From contig CM022679.1 in the NCBI GenBank assembly GCA_012295275.1, positions 29,016,001-29,080,000 on the forward strand: 64,000 bases of DNA, read 5' to 3'. Positions 44,401 through 54,310 of this stretch are shown here, one piece after another; position 1 is the stretch's first letter; each line of letters opens with the position of its first letter. A program made the translations under genes and the position numbers. The DNA comes from Chrysomallon squamiferum (Eukaryota; Animalia; Mollusca). The notes beneath the pieces were generated by a model. The model saw nothing but the letters and a program-made list of their open reading frames with translations, ran no database searches and was not told where the DNA came from.

Positions 44401-47051
44401 AATTTCAGTTGGGAAAATTGATTTGATATATGAGCAAACTGAGTTACGAGCTCAGTCATGCAATGAATTAAACTTCAAAAGTCAAGGTGCCATATATATA
44501 TATATATATATATATAAAACAATAATAAATGCTTTTGCAAATCGTCAGTTGCTTATTACAGTTATATTAATTTATTTTAATATTTTGATTAAAAACTGTA
44601 GATTTAAAAGATTTTAAATTATTATTATTATTATTATTTAAGAAACAATTAAACAGGTATTAATTAATTTTTTATTATTATTTTTTTGATTGATATTTGA
44701 TAACAGGTCAATAAAATATTCTTAAAGTTTGTTTTGTTTTGTTTGATATTTAGCTATTATGTTGCTGATTTTTATCTGGTTTTTTAGTTTTAAAAGTGCA
44801 GCATGTTGACATTGTATAGCTTTGTATTATGTTTTCGTACAGTACTCAAGATACTAATACTAACACTTGGATAAAAATATGTTTTATTTCTTTCTTTATT
44901 TATTTATTTATAGCTAAAAATACATTCATAGCTAAAAATGAATTTTTAAAATTGTATTTATGTCAATTATTATTATTATTTTTTTGTTATTTATATATAT
45001 TTTTATTGTTATTATTATTTTTATTTTTTTTTTTTCCCCTCATTTCTTATTTGTTTCTGTTCAGTTATTTACTGATTTGTTACAATTTTGTTATCTTTTA
45101 TTACAACTTTGTGGGTTTTCCTGAATGTTTTCCTACTTCCAGTTTCATTTTACACAGCCCTATTTTTAACACAAAGAAATAGTATTGCACCTCTAGATTT
45201 GTTGAATATCCACCTGAAAGCACTGCAAAACGTGTAACAAAATTTATGACTTTATTAATGAATAGAAAAAACAAGTGAACATCACGAGAATTTCCTGCAG
45301 AAAAACAAATCAGACATTTTAATTACTTCTTTATGCAAATTGTTTAATAATGAGAAAGATAATTAACAGAATTAACTTAAAATTGTGTTAACATAATGAC
45401 ATTAGTTACTCTTGATATATATATATATATATATTTTAAATTTGTTTATTTATCTATTTATTATTATTATTATTTTAATTATTATTATTTCTTTTTTTAT
45501 ATTATTATTATTTTCTAAGTCTTAATTTAACAAAATAATATAATATTTTTGCAGCATTGCACCATTAAAGTAGATTACTTTAAGTATTTTAATAGACTTT
45601 GATTACTCATTATTATTAGTTTATATATATATTACATGCAAAAGAAAACAATTTAAATTGTTTACGATTTCTGCATGAAAATGGAAATCTGTTTATAGAA
45701 AAAATATTCTTGTTTATATAAATTTGAAATGATTGTAGAAATGCAACCAATATGCATGAAACCATATTTATAATATTATGAAAGTTCAGTAACACTGGAA
45801 TGAAATTATTGCATGTGACTACTTTGCCATTTGCTTAAACTGCAAATGTATTTGAATTGTAACTTTAATAATGCATAAAAACAACTTAACTATTTTTTAT
45901 ATACTTTGTAAAAACTATTTTATTAAATGTGGAAACTTACCTTTGTTAATAATAAAGTAAAACAGAAAGCTTAGTGAGTGAAAATGAATCTAGGCTGATA
46001 TTTTATATATAAAATAATAACTTTTTAATATTTTGTTTTTAAAATCACTAAATAATGATATACTTAACCTGTAATTTAAAAAAAAAGAAAATGTATTATT
46101 ATAATGTATTTATTTTTTTTTTTTTTTTTAAGAGAAAGATATAGTGACTATGGCAGTTAACTATTAAATTATAAGATTTCAAATGCAACCAAAGTTGTCA
46201 CTAAACAAATAATCATATTGAGATGTTAGGAAGTTCTGTTTTATAATGTATTAAAATTTCTACATTTCACAAGATTACATTTTGTTATATTATGATACAC
46301 TGTAAATAAATTATGTCCTTCTTCACCTTTTCAAATTTTATTTCCAGATTTTATTTTCAAATTTTATTTTTAAAATTAAGTTCCTTTTCTTCATTTCTTA
46401 ATTCTCATTCTTTATCCTTTTTCTGTTTGTTCTTATTTCGGTCATTTTTTCCCTTTTTTTCCTTTTTTTACAATCTTTTTATAATCAGTTTTCTTTTTCT
46501 GTCATCATCTTTATCAGCTTCATCATCATCTTCATCAACATCATCACTGTTGTTATTGTCACAACAAATATAACAACACACACACGTCTGTTTTCTGCAT
46601 TTATTATTATCTTGTGTGAGAAGTTATGCTTTTATTTTAGAATTTAGATTTTTGTTCAAGAAATGTAATAACAGTAGATTAATAGTTTTAAAACCTTTAA
46701 TAATAATAATAATAATAATAAAATAATAATAAAAATATTATAATAATATAATAGAAACTTTGTTGTTTTCTTGTATCCAATTATCCTTTTTTGAAATATA
46801 TCTCATTTTTATTTTTTTATTATTATTGTCATCATTATTACTAATACTGTCATCGACATCACCATCATCATTATTGTTATTATTTAAATATTTAATGATA
46901 TTTATAATGTTTTTTTATCTTTCTTCCAGTGTGTCAGCTAACACTGATATCCCCCCATCCCCTCCAGTGGATCAGGACACATACAGAAAACACAGGTAAC
47001 ACACCTTTATTGGAGAAAGGAGTAAATGAAATAACACTAATTGTGAAATAA

Positions 47052-47095
<44 letters not shown>

Positions 47096-49750
47096 GAAGA
47101 AGATAAAAGAACAACAAAGACAGTAATAATGTCATAATAATTTTAATAATAATAAGAAGAAAAATAAATAATAAAAAGAGCAGCAACAGTAATTACTACT
47201 ACTTCTACAACTACAACTAATAATAATAAGAAGAAAATAAAATATTAAAAAAAGAAAATAAATTAAAAAAATAACCATTCTCTCATATGTACATTTTTTT
47301 TTTATCAACTGTGTTTTATTTTTATTTGAGACTTAGTGCAGTAATAATATTAATAATACAGTTCTAATTTATTGAAGTAATTTCTGCTGTTTATTACATA
47401 TTTTATTTCTATTGTTATTTCATGTTTGTTTTGTTTTTTCAGTACTGATGAAGATAGTCAGAAGCTGAGACAACTCACTAAAAAAATTCAAAGTAAGTTT
47501 TGTTTTTAAATTTACATTTTTTACTTTTGATAATTAGAAAATCTTTAAATATTGAATCTGTTTTAATTTAAATATAAAGGAACATTACAGTGAATATTTT
47601 ATTATACAACATCTAAATTTGTTAATATTAATAATTACCAGCTGTCCCTCAGTTGTACAGAATTAACAGAAAACTTTCTGTTCAACAAATATTTATAACA
47701 GAACAACACATACCAAGGATTTTTATAAAAAAGTCTAAGAAGAATCTTTAATACAAAATTACATTGGTTATTGGTTTTTTAGATTGTCATTACATTTAAT
47801 CTTGATTTGACATTTTGTTTTAGAACTATTTTTGTTTCTTTAAAAATAAATATTCTTAAATAAATGCTTATTATTTGGTATTTTCATTCTCTAAATTTTA
47901 ATATTCTGTTTCAGATCTGAAAAGAAAAATTAAATCTTTTGAGGAACATTTTGAAAGACATCATGGTTACAGAGTGAGTTATTATTATTATTATTATTTT
48001 TAACACAGATTTAAACAATAAAAAATGCAATTTTTAATTATTTAATCTACCAGTTTACAGATAAACTGAATTTTATAAAGTTGTGTGAAAGATATGATCT
48101 TTGTTACTGAATTTTATTTATTTATTTATTTATTTATTTATTATTAATATTATTATTTTATTTATTTTATTTTTCATTTAATATTTTAAAAATATATATT
48201 ATTTATATGTGTACTAAATTTTTCTTAAAAAATCATATTTATATTATCACATTTTTCTTGTAACTGTTATTTTTATAAAGTGTAATTTATTTATAAATTT
48301 TGTTTTAGCCCTCCCAAAGTGACAAAGCAGTAAAACCAGAAATTAAGAAATACATGGCAGAATTGTCAAAAGCAAGAAAAGATTTAAAACGTGAGTTATT
48401 ATTTATCACTTCTACAACAAAATGTCATATTTGTTATTTCTCTTGTTTACATTTATTACTACTGTCTACATAGTTGTGGCAAAAAAAAAGAAGTAATAAT
48501 AATAAATAAAGAAAAAGATTAAAAAAATTAAAAAGTAATGAAATAAAATAAAATAAAATAATTTAAAAAATAAATTAAAATTAAAAATTAATATGAAAAA
48601 CAATAACAGAAAACAACAAAAAACAAAAATAGTTAACTCTATTATATAAAATGTATACTACATTTATGTATTGAAATTATAAAAACAGCATTTTTAAAAA
48701 AACATATTTAAAATGTTTTATCAAGAGGCACTGATTTGATTATTATTAATATTATATTAGTAATTGTTATCACTGTTATTAATAATGTTAAAATGTTACG
48801 TGATTATCATAAGAAATATTAGTTTCAAAATTTTATTTGTGTTTTTCTAGAGCTAAAAGAAGATGCAGAAATGGGAACTCGAAGTCGCCATGGTAGCGGA
48901 GCCTCATCTTCAGGAGAAACTCCAAAAACAATACAGGAAATCAAAGTTACCTTGGAAACCATCTACACAACACTGAGAGAAAAACGACACGAGCAGACAC
49001 GTCCACAAGAAATCAACGTTTGTTTAGTTTTTTATTTTATTTATCAAATGTTTATTTATAAACACTTCAGTATAAACTTGTTTAGTTTTTTATTTATATT
49101 TATAAAACTCAATTTTTTCTTTTAATTAAAAAGTTATCAAAAAGATATATATATATATTTATATACTTCATTTGTAAATGCATTCATTTTTTGTATTTTA
49201 TTTATATATTTGCTAGTTTTTATTTCATTTGAAAAATAAAAGTTTTTAAACTCATAATTCTTTAGATTAATGAAATTTTTAATTTTATTTGATAATATAG
49301 GTGCTGTGTTTTTTTTGGCCAACATTTTATTTTTAATTTTATTTGTTAACTGACGAAATGATTATTTTCTATTATTATATATGTAAACTAATTATGCTTT
49401 ATTTTATAAACTTTACTTTATTTTATGAACATTTTTCAGTACATTTTCACACCCATAATTTTAGATTACTGTGTTTTATTGAATATTTTCTTCCATGTAG
49501 TGTAATTAAGATAAACAATGATTTATTTCAGATGATGAACAGAGAGCAGGTGTATGAAGAGAAACTGGCTGTTCAGAAAGCTTTGCTCTATTTTGAAAGT
49601 CTGCATGGAAGACCAGTGAGATTAATATTTTAATATTAAAAAATTACACAGTGTTACAATAATAATGATAAAATATTAATAAAAAAATAACTGCAATAAC
49701 AACAGTGATATCAATAAAACAACAACAGTAACAATAATAATAACAATAAC

Positions 49751-49810
<60 letters not shown>

Positions 49811-52593
49811 CATAATCATAATCATAATAATAATAATAAAATGACAAATATAAAGACAACATTTTATTATAAATAATAAAGTAATAATAAAAATAACAGA
49901 TAACAAATAATAAAAAAATAACAGAACCAAATATTTATATTAAAGTAATATTTTTATTGCTGTTTTCTTTTTTGTAATATATTTTTGTTAGTGAATGTAG
50001 TAATTTTGTAGTAATCAAGCTTGTAAACTAAGTAAATATTTTTGTTATTGTTTTGTAACTTCAGACATCAAAAGAAGAGAAAGACTTGATGAGACCACTT
50101 TACGACCGCTACAGGTCGATAAAACGCATTTTATCTAAACCAACCTCAGTGAGTCCTTTTTTATTTACCCTAATTTATTTAACATATTTGTCTTTAATCA
50201 CATCTTAAATGTTCCACTTATTCAGTGCATATAAATAATTTTATATTATTATAATATGAAATATTATATAAGTGCTCAAAAATTTGACTTTTTATTCATA
50301 GATATTGTGAATTGGATTTAGGATTTCTATGTTTTTTGGTGGTTTAAAATATGTTTTAAAAAATATTTTAAAATTTCATTAAATTTTTCAGTTTTATTTT
50401 ATTTTTTTTTTTTTTTATTGAAACATAAAATTTAAAATTTTGATATAAATTAATTTATTTAAATTTTTAATTTTTACTTACAGCCTCGCAACACGTTAGA
50501 TCTGGAAACTGTTCCTGAAGACAAACCTTTTGAGATGGCCACCGGAGTTACAACAACTTTCAAACATGTCAGTCATCTTTCTGTACATCATACTGAATAT
50601 CCACTAATTTCTGTAATACACCTTTAACACAAACACACTTACAACAACCTTCAAACATGTCAGTCATCTTTCTGTACATCATACTGAATATCCACTAATT
50701 TCTGTAATACACCTTTAACACAAACACACTTACAACAACCTTCAAACATGTCAGTCATCTTTCTGTACATCATACTGAATATCCACTAATTTCTGTAATA
50801 CACCTTTAACACAAACACACTTACAACAACCTTCAAACATGTCAGTCATCTTTCTGTTCATCATACTGAATATCCACTAATTTCTGTAATACACCTTTCA
50901 CACAAACACACTTACAACAACCTTCAAACATGTCAGTCATCTTTCTGTTCATCATACTGAATATCCACTAATTTCTGTAATACACCTTTAACACAAACAC
51001 AGTTACAACAACTTTCAAACATGTCAGTCATCTTTCTGTTCATCATACTGAATGTCCACTAATTTCTGTAATACACCTTTAAAACAATCACATTTACAAC
51101 AACTTTCAAACATGTCAGTCATCTTTCTGTTCATCATACTGAATGTCCACTAATTTCTGTAATACACCTTTCACACAAACACAGTTACAACAACTTTCAA
51201 ACATGTCAGTCATCTTTCTGTTCATCATACTGAATGTCCACTAATTTCTGTAATACACCTTTCACACAAACACAGTTACAACAACTTTCAAACATGTCAG
51301 TCATCTTTCTGTTCATCATACTGAATGTCCACTAATTTCTGTAATACACCTTTAAAACAATCACATTTACAACAACTTTCAAACATGTCAGTCATCTTTC
51401 TGTTCATCATACTGAATATCCACTAATTTCTGTAATACACCTTTAACACAAACACAGTTACAACAACTTTCAAACATGTCAGTCATCTTTCTGTTCATCA
51501 TACTGAATAGCCACTAACTTCTGTAATACACCTTTCACACAAACACAGTTACAACAACCTTCAAACATGTCAGTCATCTTTCTGTTCATCATACTGAATA
51601 TCCACTAATTTCTGTAATACACCTTTAAAACAAACACAGTTACAACAACTTTCAAACATGTCAGTCATCTTTCTGTTCATCATACTGAATATCCACTAAT
51701 TTCTGTAATACACCTTTCACACAAACACAGTTACAACAACCTTCAAACATGTCAGTCATCTTTCTGTTCATCATACTGAATGTCCACTAATTTCTGTAAT
51801 ACACCTTTAACACAAACACAGTGATAAACCTAGATTTGGTTTTAAATTTTAAATATTTTAATTTCTTCCACAAGATATAGAGAGTTTTTTCTGAGCATTT
51901 TTTTCCTTTTGCTGATATACAGTATTTATTTCATGATTGTGCATTGTTAAACATTAATTAGTTAATTTATTTATTTGTAATTTCTTGAATTCAGCAGATA
52001 AAGGTTTTTTTATGCTTATAATAATTCACTTATTCACTCGCCCATTTATATATCCATCCATCCATCCATCCAATCTATACATCTTTCATTCTTTCATTCA
52101 TTCACTCATACAGTATTTTTAGTCTTGGTTGTATTAAATGTTCATTCATTCATTCGTTTGTTTGTTGTTGTTGTTGTTGTTGCTCAGGGTTATCCAGTCA
52201 GGGTGCCCACAGCTGAAACCGAAGATGATGGTGTCACGCCGTTGGCGGAGATGTCGGACTTCACTGTGACACAAGACTTCTCTGTGCTGAGGGACACTGT
52301 GCGACCTGTGATAGTGGACAAGTCGTTTGGACACGGACCCAAGATGAAATCCATGGAAGAAGAAGATGGGCCCACTGAGGCTTTAGATCTGAATGTTCAA
52401 GAGCTGACTATGTATGTTGTACTGTTTTTCACATTCTGACGAAAATGTTTCATTTTTCTCTCCTAGGTAATGAATGGAGTACTTTATCACTGTGTGTTTG
52501 GAAAAATTGTATAGGTTATTACAGAAATACTTATTTAGACTACTATGCAAAATAGCTTATTTTTGTTATTATTATTATTGTTAATTGTTGTTA

Positions 52594-52637
<44 letters not shown>

Positions 52638-53266
52638 GTATTATTATTATTGTTTTATTATTATAATTGTTATAATTATTGTTGTTTTTATTATTATTTC
52701 TGTTTTGTTATTATTTTTATTATTATCATTATCAAAGTGTATTATTTGCATCTCCAACCAGATGTAAACACTAAAACATGGCTAAACACATACACACAGA
52801 TATACAGACAAAAACATATTCACTTGACACATAGACCTGTCTACTCTGAATAAAAGAAGGAATGAATAAATACAGTGATTGGATGAATGAAAACATACAA
52901 GAATGATGGGACTGAATGAATGTTGTCAGATGTCACCTGTACGACTGTATTTTTTTAATTATTACCTTTGCCTGTTTAATTTCGTTTTACTTCAGAGAGG
53001 AGCTTCATGAGGAGTTGTCCAAAGCGAGATTTGAGAAGAAGAAAATCAGGAAAGTTTTAAGAGTTTTTGAAATGGACTTTTCCATGCAGAATGGAAGGTT
53101 TGTAATCTTTAATCATATGCGACATAAAAATAAAAATCACTGTGTATGCTTGAACATGGTCTGTGTATGTATGTTTGTGTGTGTGTGTGTGTGATGTGTG
53201 TGTGCAAAAAAAACCATTTATGCATTAACTCTTTAGTATATAGTTTATGTCCTCCACTGTTTTATT

Positions 53267-53302
<36 letters not shown>

Positions 53303-53777
53303 CTTCACAGAAAAGTACAAAAGGAAGATAGAGTACCAATGCTGTCAGAATACCAGGAGTACAAGGTAGTTAATATGAGTAAATACAGTTAATATGAGTA
53401 AATTATATATAATTATGTATAAAAACTAAATGATTAATAAGTTAATATGTAATAATAACAAAGAGAAGGAAAAATTTAAAAATTAATAATAATAATAATA
53501 ATAATTAATAAATAAATAAAATAGAATTGATATTTCAAAAACATTTTTGCTTTATTGTTTAAACAGTTAAAAACCTTAAGTTAGTATTCTGCCTAATATC
53601 ACTCAAAAAAAAAAAAAAAAAAATGGAAATAATAATAAATAAAAATAAAACTGTAAAAGTCTCCTTCATCAAAATTAAAATATGATTTATATTTATTTTC
53701 TGTTTCAGCAAATTAAGGCAAAAATCCGACTACTTGAGGCACTGTTGTCAAAACACCAGCTTTCCACAGAGTGTTGA
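34972..53777 (+). CDS. FAM13A: FAM13A/B-like Rho GTPase-activating protein, 26 coding exons (N-terminal RhoGAP domain, low-complexity middle, C-terminal FAM13 coiled-coil repeats)
   Basis: Exons: 34972-35185, 35777-35986, 36383-36566, 37026-37149, 37456-37551, 38050-38261, 38558-38628, 39275-39320, 39630-39720, 39986-40047, 40576-40642, 41072-41432, 42004-42133, 43812-43877, 46930-46995, 47443-47492, 47915-47973, 48309-48390, 48851-49017, 49532-49615, 50065-50148, 50484-50567, 52188-52411, 52996-53097, 53311-53365, 53709-53777. All have GT-AG boundaries and chain into one open 3060-nt frame ending in TGA. RhoGAP motifs: TFGVSLE, EGVFRVNG, AGLLKLFLRE, NKMSPMALCIVFGPNLF. FAM13 hallmarks recognised from memory: [85 protein letters not shown]. 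A versus B orthology cannot be resolved here. Confidence 0.95.
35777..35986 (+). CDS. FAM13A: FAM13 exon, RhoGAP with arginine finger
   Basis: aaag|GT TTA ... GAG G|gtaaga; GLEQEGVFRVNG, AGLLKLFLREM. Confidence 0.95.
36383..36566 (+). CDS. FAM13A: FAM13 exon, RhoGAP C-terminal part
   Basis: ttctag|AT ... AA|gtaagt; LPRVNYDLLKFL, NKMSPMALCIVFGPNLF. Confidence 0.95.
37026..37149 (+). CDS. FAM13A: FAM13 exon, end of RhoGAP
   Basis: ttcag|A TGT ... TGG|gtaagt; FITEYDNIF. Confidence 0.92.
37456..37551 (+). CDS. FAM13A: FAM13 exon, proline-rich
   Basis: ttcag|AGA ... AAG|gtgagt; KVPPVRPPPPKF, PVPSPRK. Confidence 0.88.
37760..38010. repeat. Interrupted (TG)n microsatellite in a FAM13 intron
   Basis: Seen directly in sequence. 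Confidence 0.9.
38050..38261 (+). CDS. FAM13A: FAM13 exon
   Basis: tttcag|ATT ... GA|gtatgt; phase 0 to 2. Confidence 0.88.
38558..38628 (+). CDS. FAM13A: FAM13 exon with conserved [11 protein letters not shown] motif
   Basis: ttttcag|G CTG ... AAT G|gtaatt. Confidence 0.88.
38608..38754 (+). repeat. 57-bp tandem repeat, about 2.6 copies, spanning a splice donor
   Basis: Units start at 38608, 38665 and 38722: aacaagacacagaacctaatg|gtaattttatatatcatactaaagctttgttgtgat. Confidence 0.95.
39275..39320 (+). CDS. FAM13A: FAM13 small exon
   Basis: ctttcag|GC ... AG|gtttgt; needed to bridge phase 1 to phase 2. Confidence 0.78.
39630..39720 (+). CDS. FAM13A: FAM13 exon
   Basis: aatcag|A TCT ... 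AAG|gtacat. Confidence 0.85.
39986..40047 (+). CDS. FAM13A: FAM13 exon (acidic)
   Basis: tttcag|ACA ... AG|gtaaca. Confidence 0.85.
40031..40236 (+). repeat. 68-bp tandem repeat, 3 copies, spanning a splice donor
   Basis: Units start at 40031, 40099 and 40167: ctggatgataaatacag|gtaacaaaaacacagtttatttttactttgttctgtattcaccacRtttct. Confidence 0.95.
40576..40642 (+). CDS. FAM13A: FAM13 exon
   Basis: tttcag|G CAG ... ATG|gtgagt. Confidence 0.85.
41072..41432 (+). CDS. FAM13A: FAM13 exon (large, GC-rich)
   Basis: tttcag|TTC ... TCA G|gtattt; FVPPLDLTTLH. Confidence 0.9.
42004..42133 (+). CDS. FAM13A: FAM13 exon
   Basis: cttcag|AT ... AG|gtcagt. Confidence 0.87.
43812..43877 (+). CDS. FAM13A: FAM13 exon (66 nt, symmetric phase 2)
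   Basis: ttcctag|C TGG ... AG|gtgact; SDGDSEAPQSP. Confidence 0.75.
44181..44495. mobile_element. Non-autonomous Tc1/mariner-superfamily (pogo/Tigger-like) MITE
   Basis: TA|CAGTGGTACCTTGACTT ... AAGTCAAGGTGCCA then (TA)n. The inner 14 bp form a terminal inverted repeat with 1 mismatch; TA target site; about 310 bp; no transposase. Confidence 0.75.
46930..46995 (+). CDS. FAM13A: FAM13 exon (IPPSPP)
   Basis: ttccag|T GTG ... AG|gtaaca. Confidence 0.9.
47443..47492 (+). CDS. FAM13A: FAM13 exon
   Basis: ttttcag|T ACT ... CAA A|gtaagt; QLTKKIQ. Confidence 0.9.
47915..47973 (+). CDS. FAM13A: FAM13 exon
   Basis: tttcag|AT CTG ... AGA|gtgagt; [19 protein letters not shown]. Confidence 0.92.
48309..48390 (+). 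CDS. FAM13A: FAM13 exon
   Basis: ttttag|CCC ... AAA C|gtgagt; PSQSDKA. Confidence 0.92.
48851..49017 (+). CDS. FAM13A: FAM13 exon
   Basis: ttctag|AG ... AAC|gtttgt; LREKRHEQTRPQEI. Confidence 0.9.
49532..49615 (+). CDS. FAM13A: FAM13 exon
   Basis: tttcag|ATG ... CCA|gtgaga; [19 protein letters not shown]. Confidence 0.95.
50065..50148 (+). CDS. FAM13A: FAM13 exon
   Basis: cttcag|ACA ... TCA|gtgagt; MRPLYDRYR. Confidence 0.95.
50484..50567 (+). CDS. FAM13A: FAM13 exon carrying LETVPE (LxxI/VxE-type motif)
   Basis: ttacag|CCT ... CAT|gtcagt; phase 0-0, matches the next acceptor at 52188. Confidence 0.85.
50548..51821 (+). repeat. 91-bp tandem repeat, 14 copies, spanning a splice donor
   Basis: Units every 91 bp from 50548 to 51731: ttacaacaacYttcaaacat|gtcagtcatctttctgt...ccactaatttctgtaatacaccttt...cacag. 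Confidence 0.97.
52188..52411 (+). CDS. FAM13A: FAM13 exon
   Basis: gctcag|GGT ... AT|gtatgt. Confidence 0.88.
52996..53097 (+). CDS. FAM13A: FAM13 exon
   Basis: cttcag|A GAG ... AG|gtttgt; EKKKIRKVLRVFEMDF. Confidence 0.93.
53311..53365 (+). CDS. FAM13A: FAM13 exon
   Basis: tcacag|A AAA ... AAG|gtagtt; [17 protein letters not shown]. Confidence 0.94.
53709..53777 (+). CDS. FAM13A: FAM13 last coding exon
   Basis: tttcag|CAA; [22 protein letters not shown]. Confidence 0.94.
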   Translation, partial: [22 protein letters not shown]

Positions 53778-54034
53778 ATTAGGTTTCCATCTGGTACCAG
53801 TCTAGTCCTCACTGAACTATCTGTGATTGACTGCATCTAGTCAGAGCTGGTTACATGTGGAATAAACCAGTTTCAGCTGGCTGGAACAAACTTTGAACTT
53901 TAAAACCAGTTTTTATAGTCACTTGTGGGGTTTTTTAAAAATATTTTGTCGTTCAAATTGAAGTTTTTAATTGGATGATATATCAGTGTGTGCTTGTAGC
54001 TGTATTTTTGACTGGGCATTTTTATATAAGGCAG

Positions 54035-54310
54035 TTTCTGATTGGACAAGAATGTAACCATTTTTTTTTTTGATTGGACCAGCAAGAAAAGATGTTTTTG
54101 AATGTAATGCAGATCTCAGTTGGACAAGAAATGATTGGACCAGAATGTAATAATACTTGTGATTGGACCAGATGGTTGAAGAATACAATTTTACTTGGAC
54201 CAGAATGTAAGACAGATTGTGATTGGGTGGAAACAGTTTAATGTTTTTTATGGATGTAATGATGTTTTTCATTGGATCAGAAGACGAAATGAAAATTTGT
54301 CTTGGATGAA
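54035..54310. repeat. Degenerate repeat of about 30 bp with (GA)TTGGAC(C/A)AG core, downstream of the FAM13 stop
   Basis: Cores at 54041, 54073, 54119, 54134, 54162, 54194, 54222 and 54271. Confidence 0.7.

Noticed and set aside
43812-46995. Two consecutive 66-nt phase-2 exons as a mutually exclusive pair
   Set aside because: Similarity is limited to a D/E-x-P-x-SP motif, and vertebrate FAM13A as I recall it has both SP motifs in series, so both are probably included.
49532-50567. Three consecutive 84-nt phase-0 exons as exon duplicates
   Set aside because: No sequence similarity among them; the first two encode distinct conserved FAM13 motifs.
50548-51821. CRISPR-like appearance of the 91-bp array
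   Set aside because: Units are near-identical throughout with no unique spacers; eukaryotic context and no cas genes.
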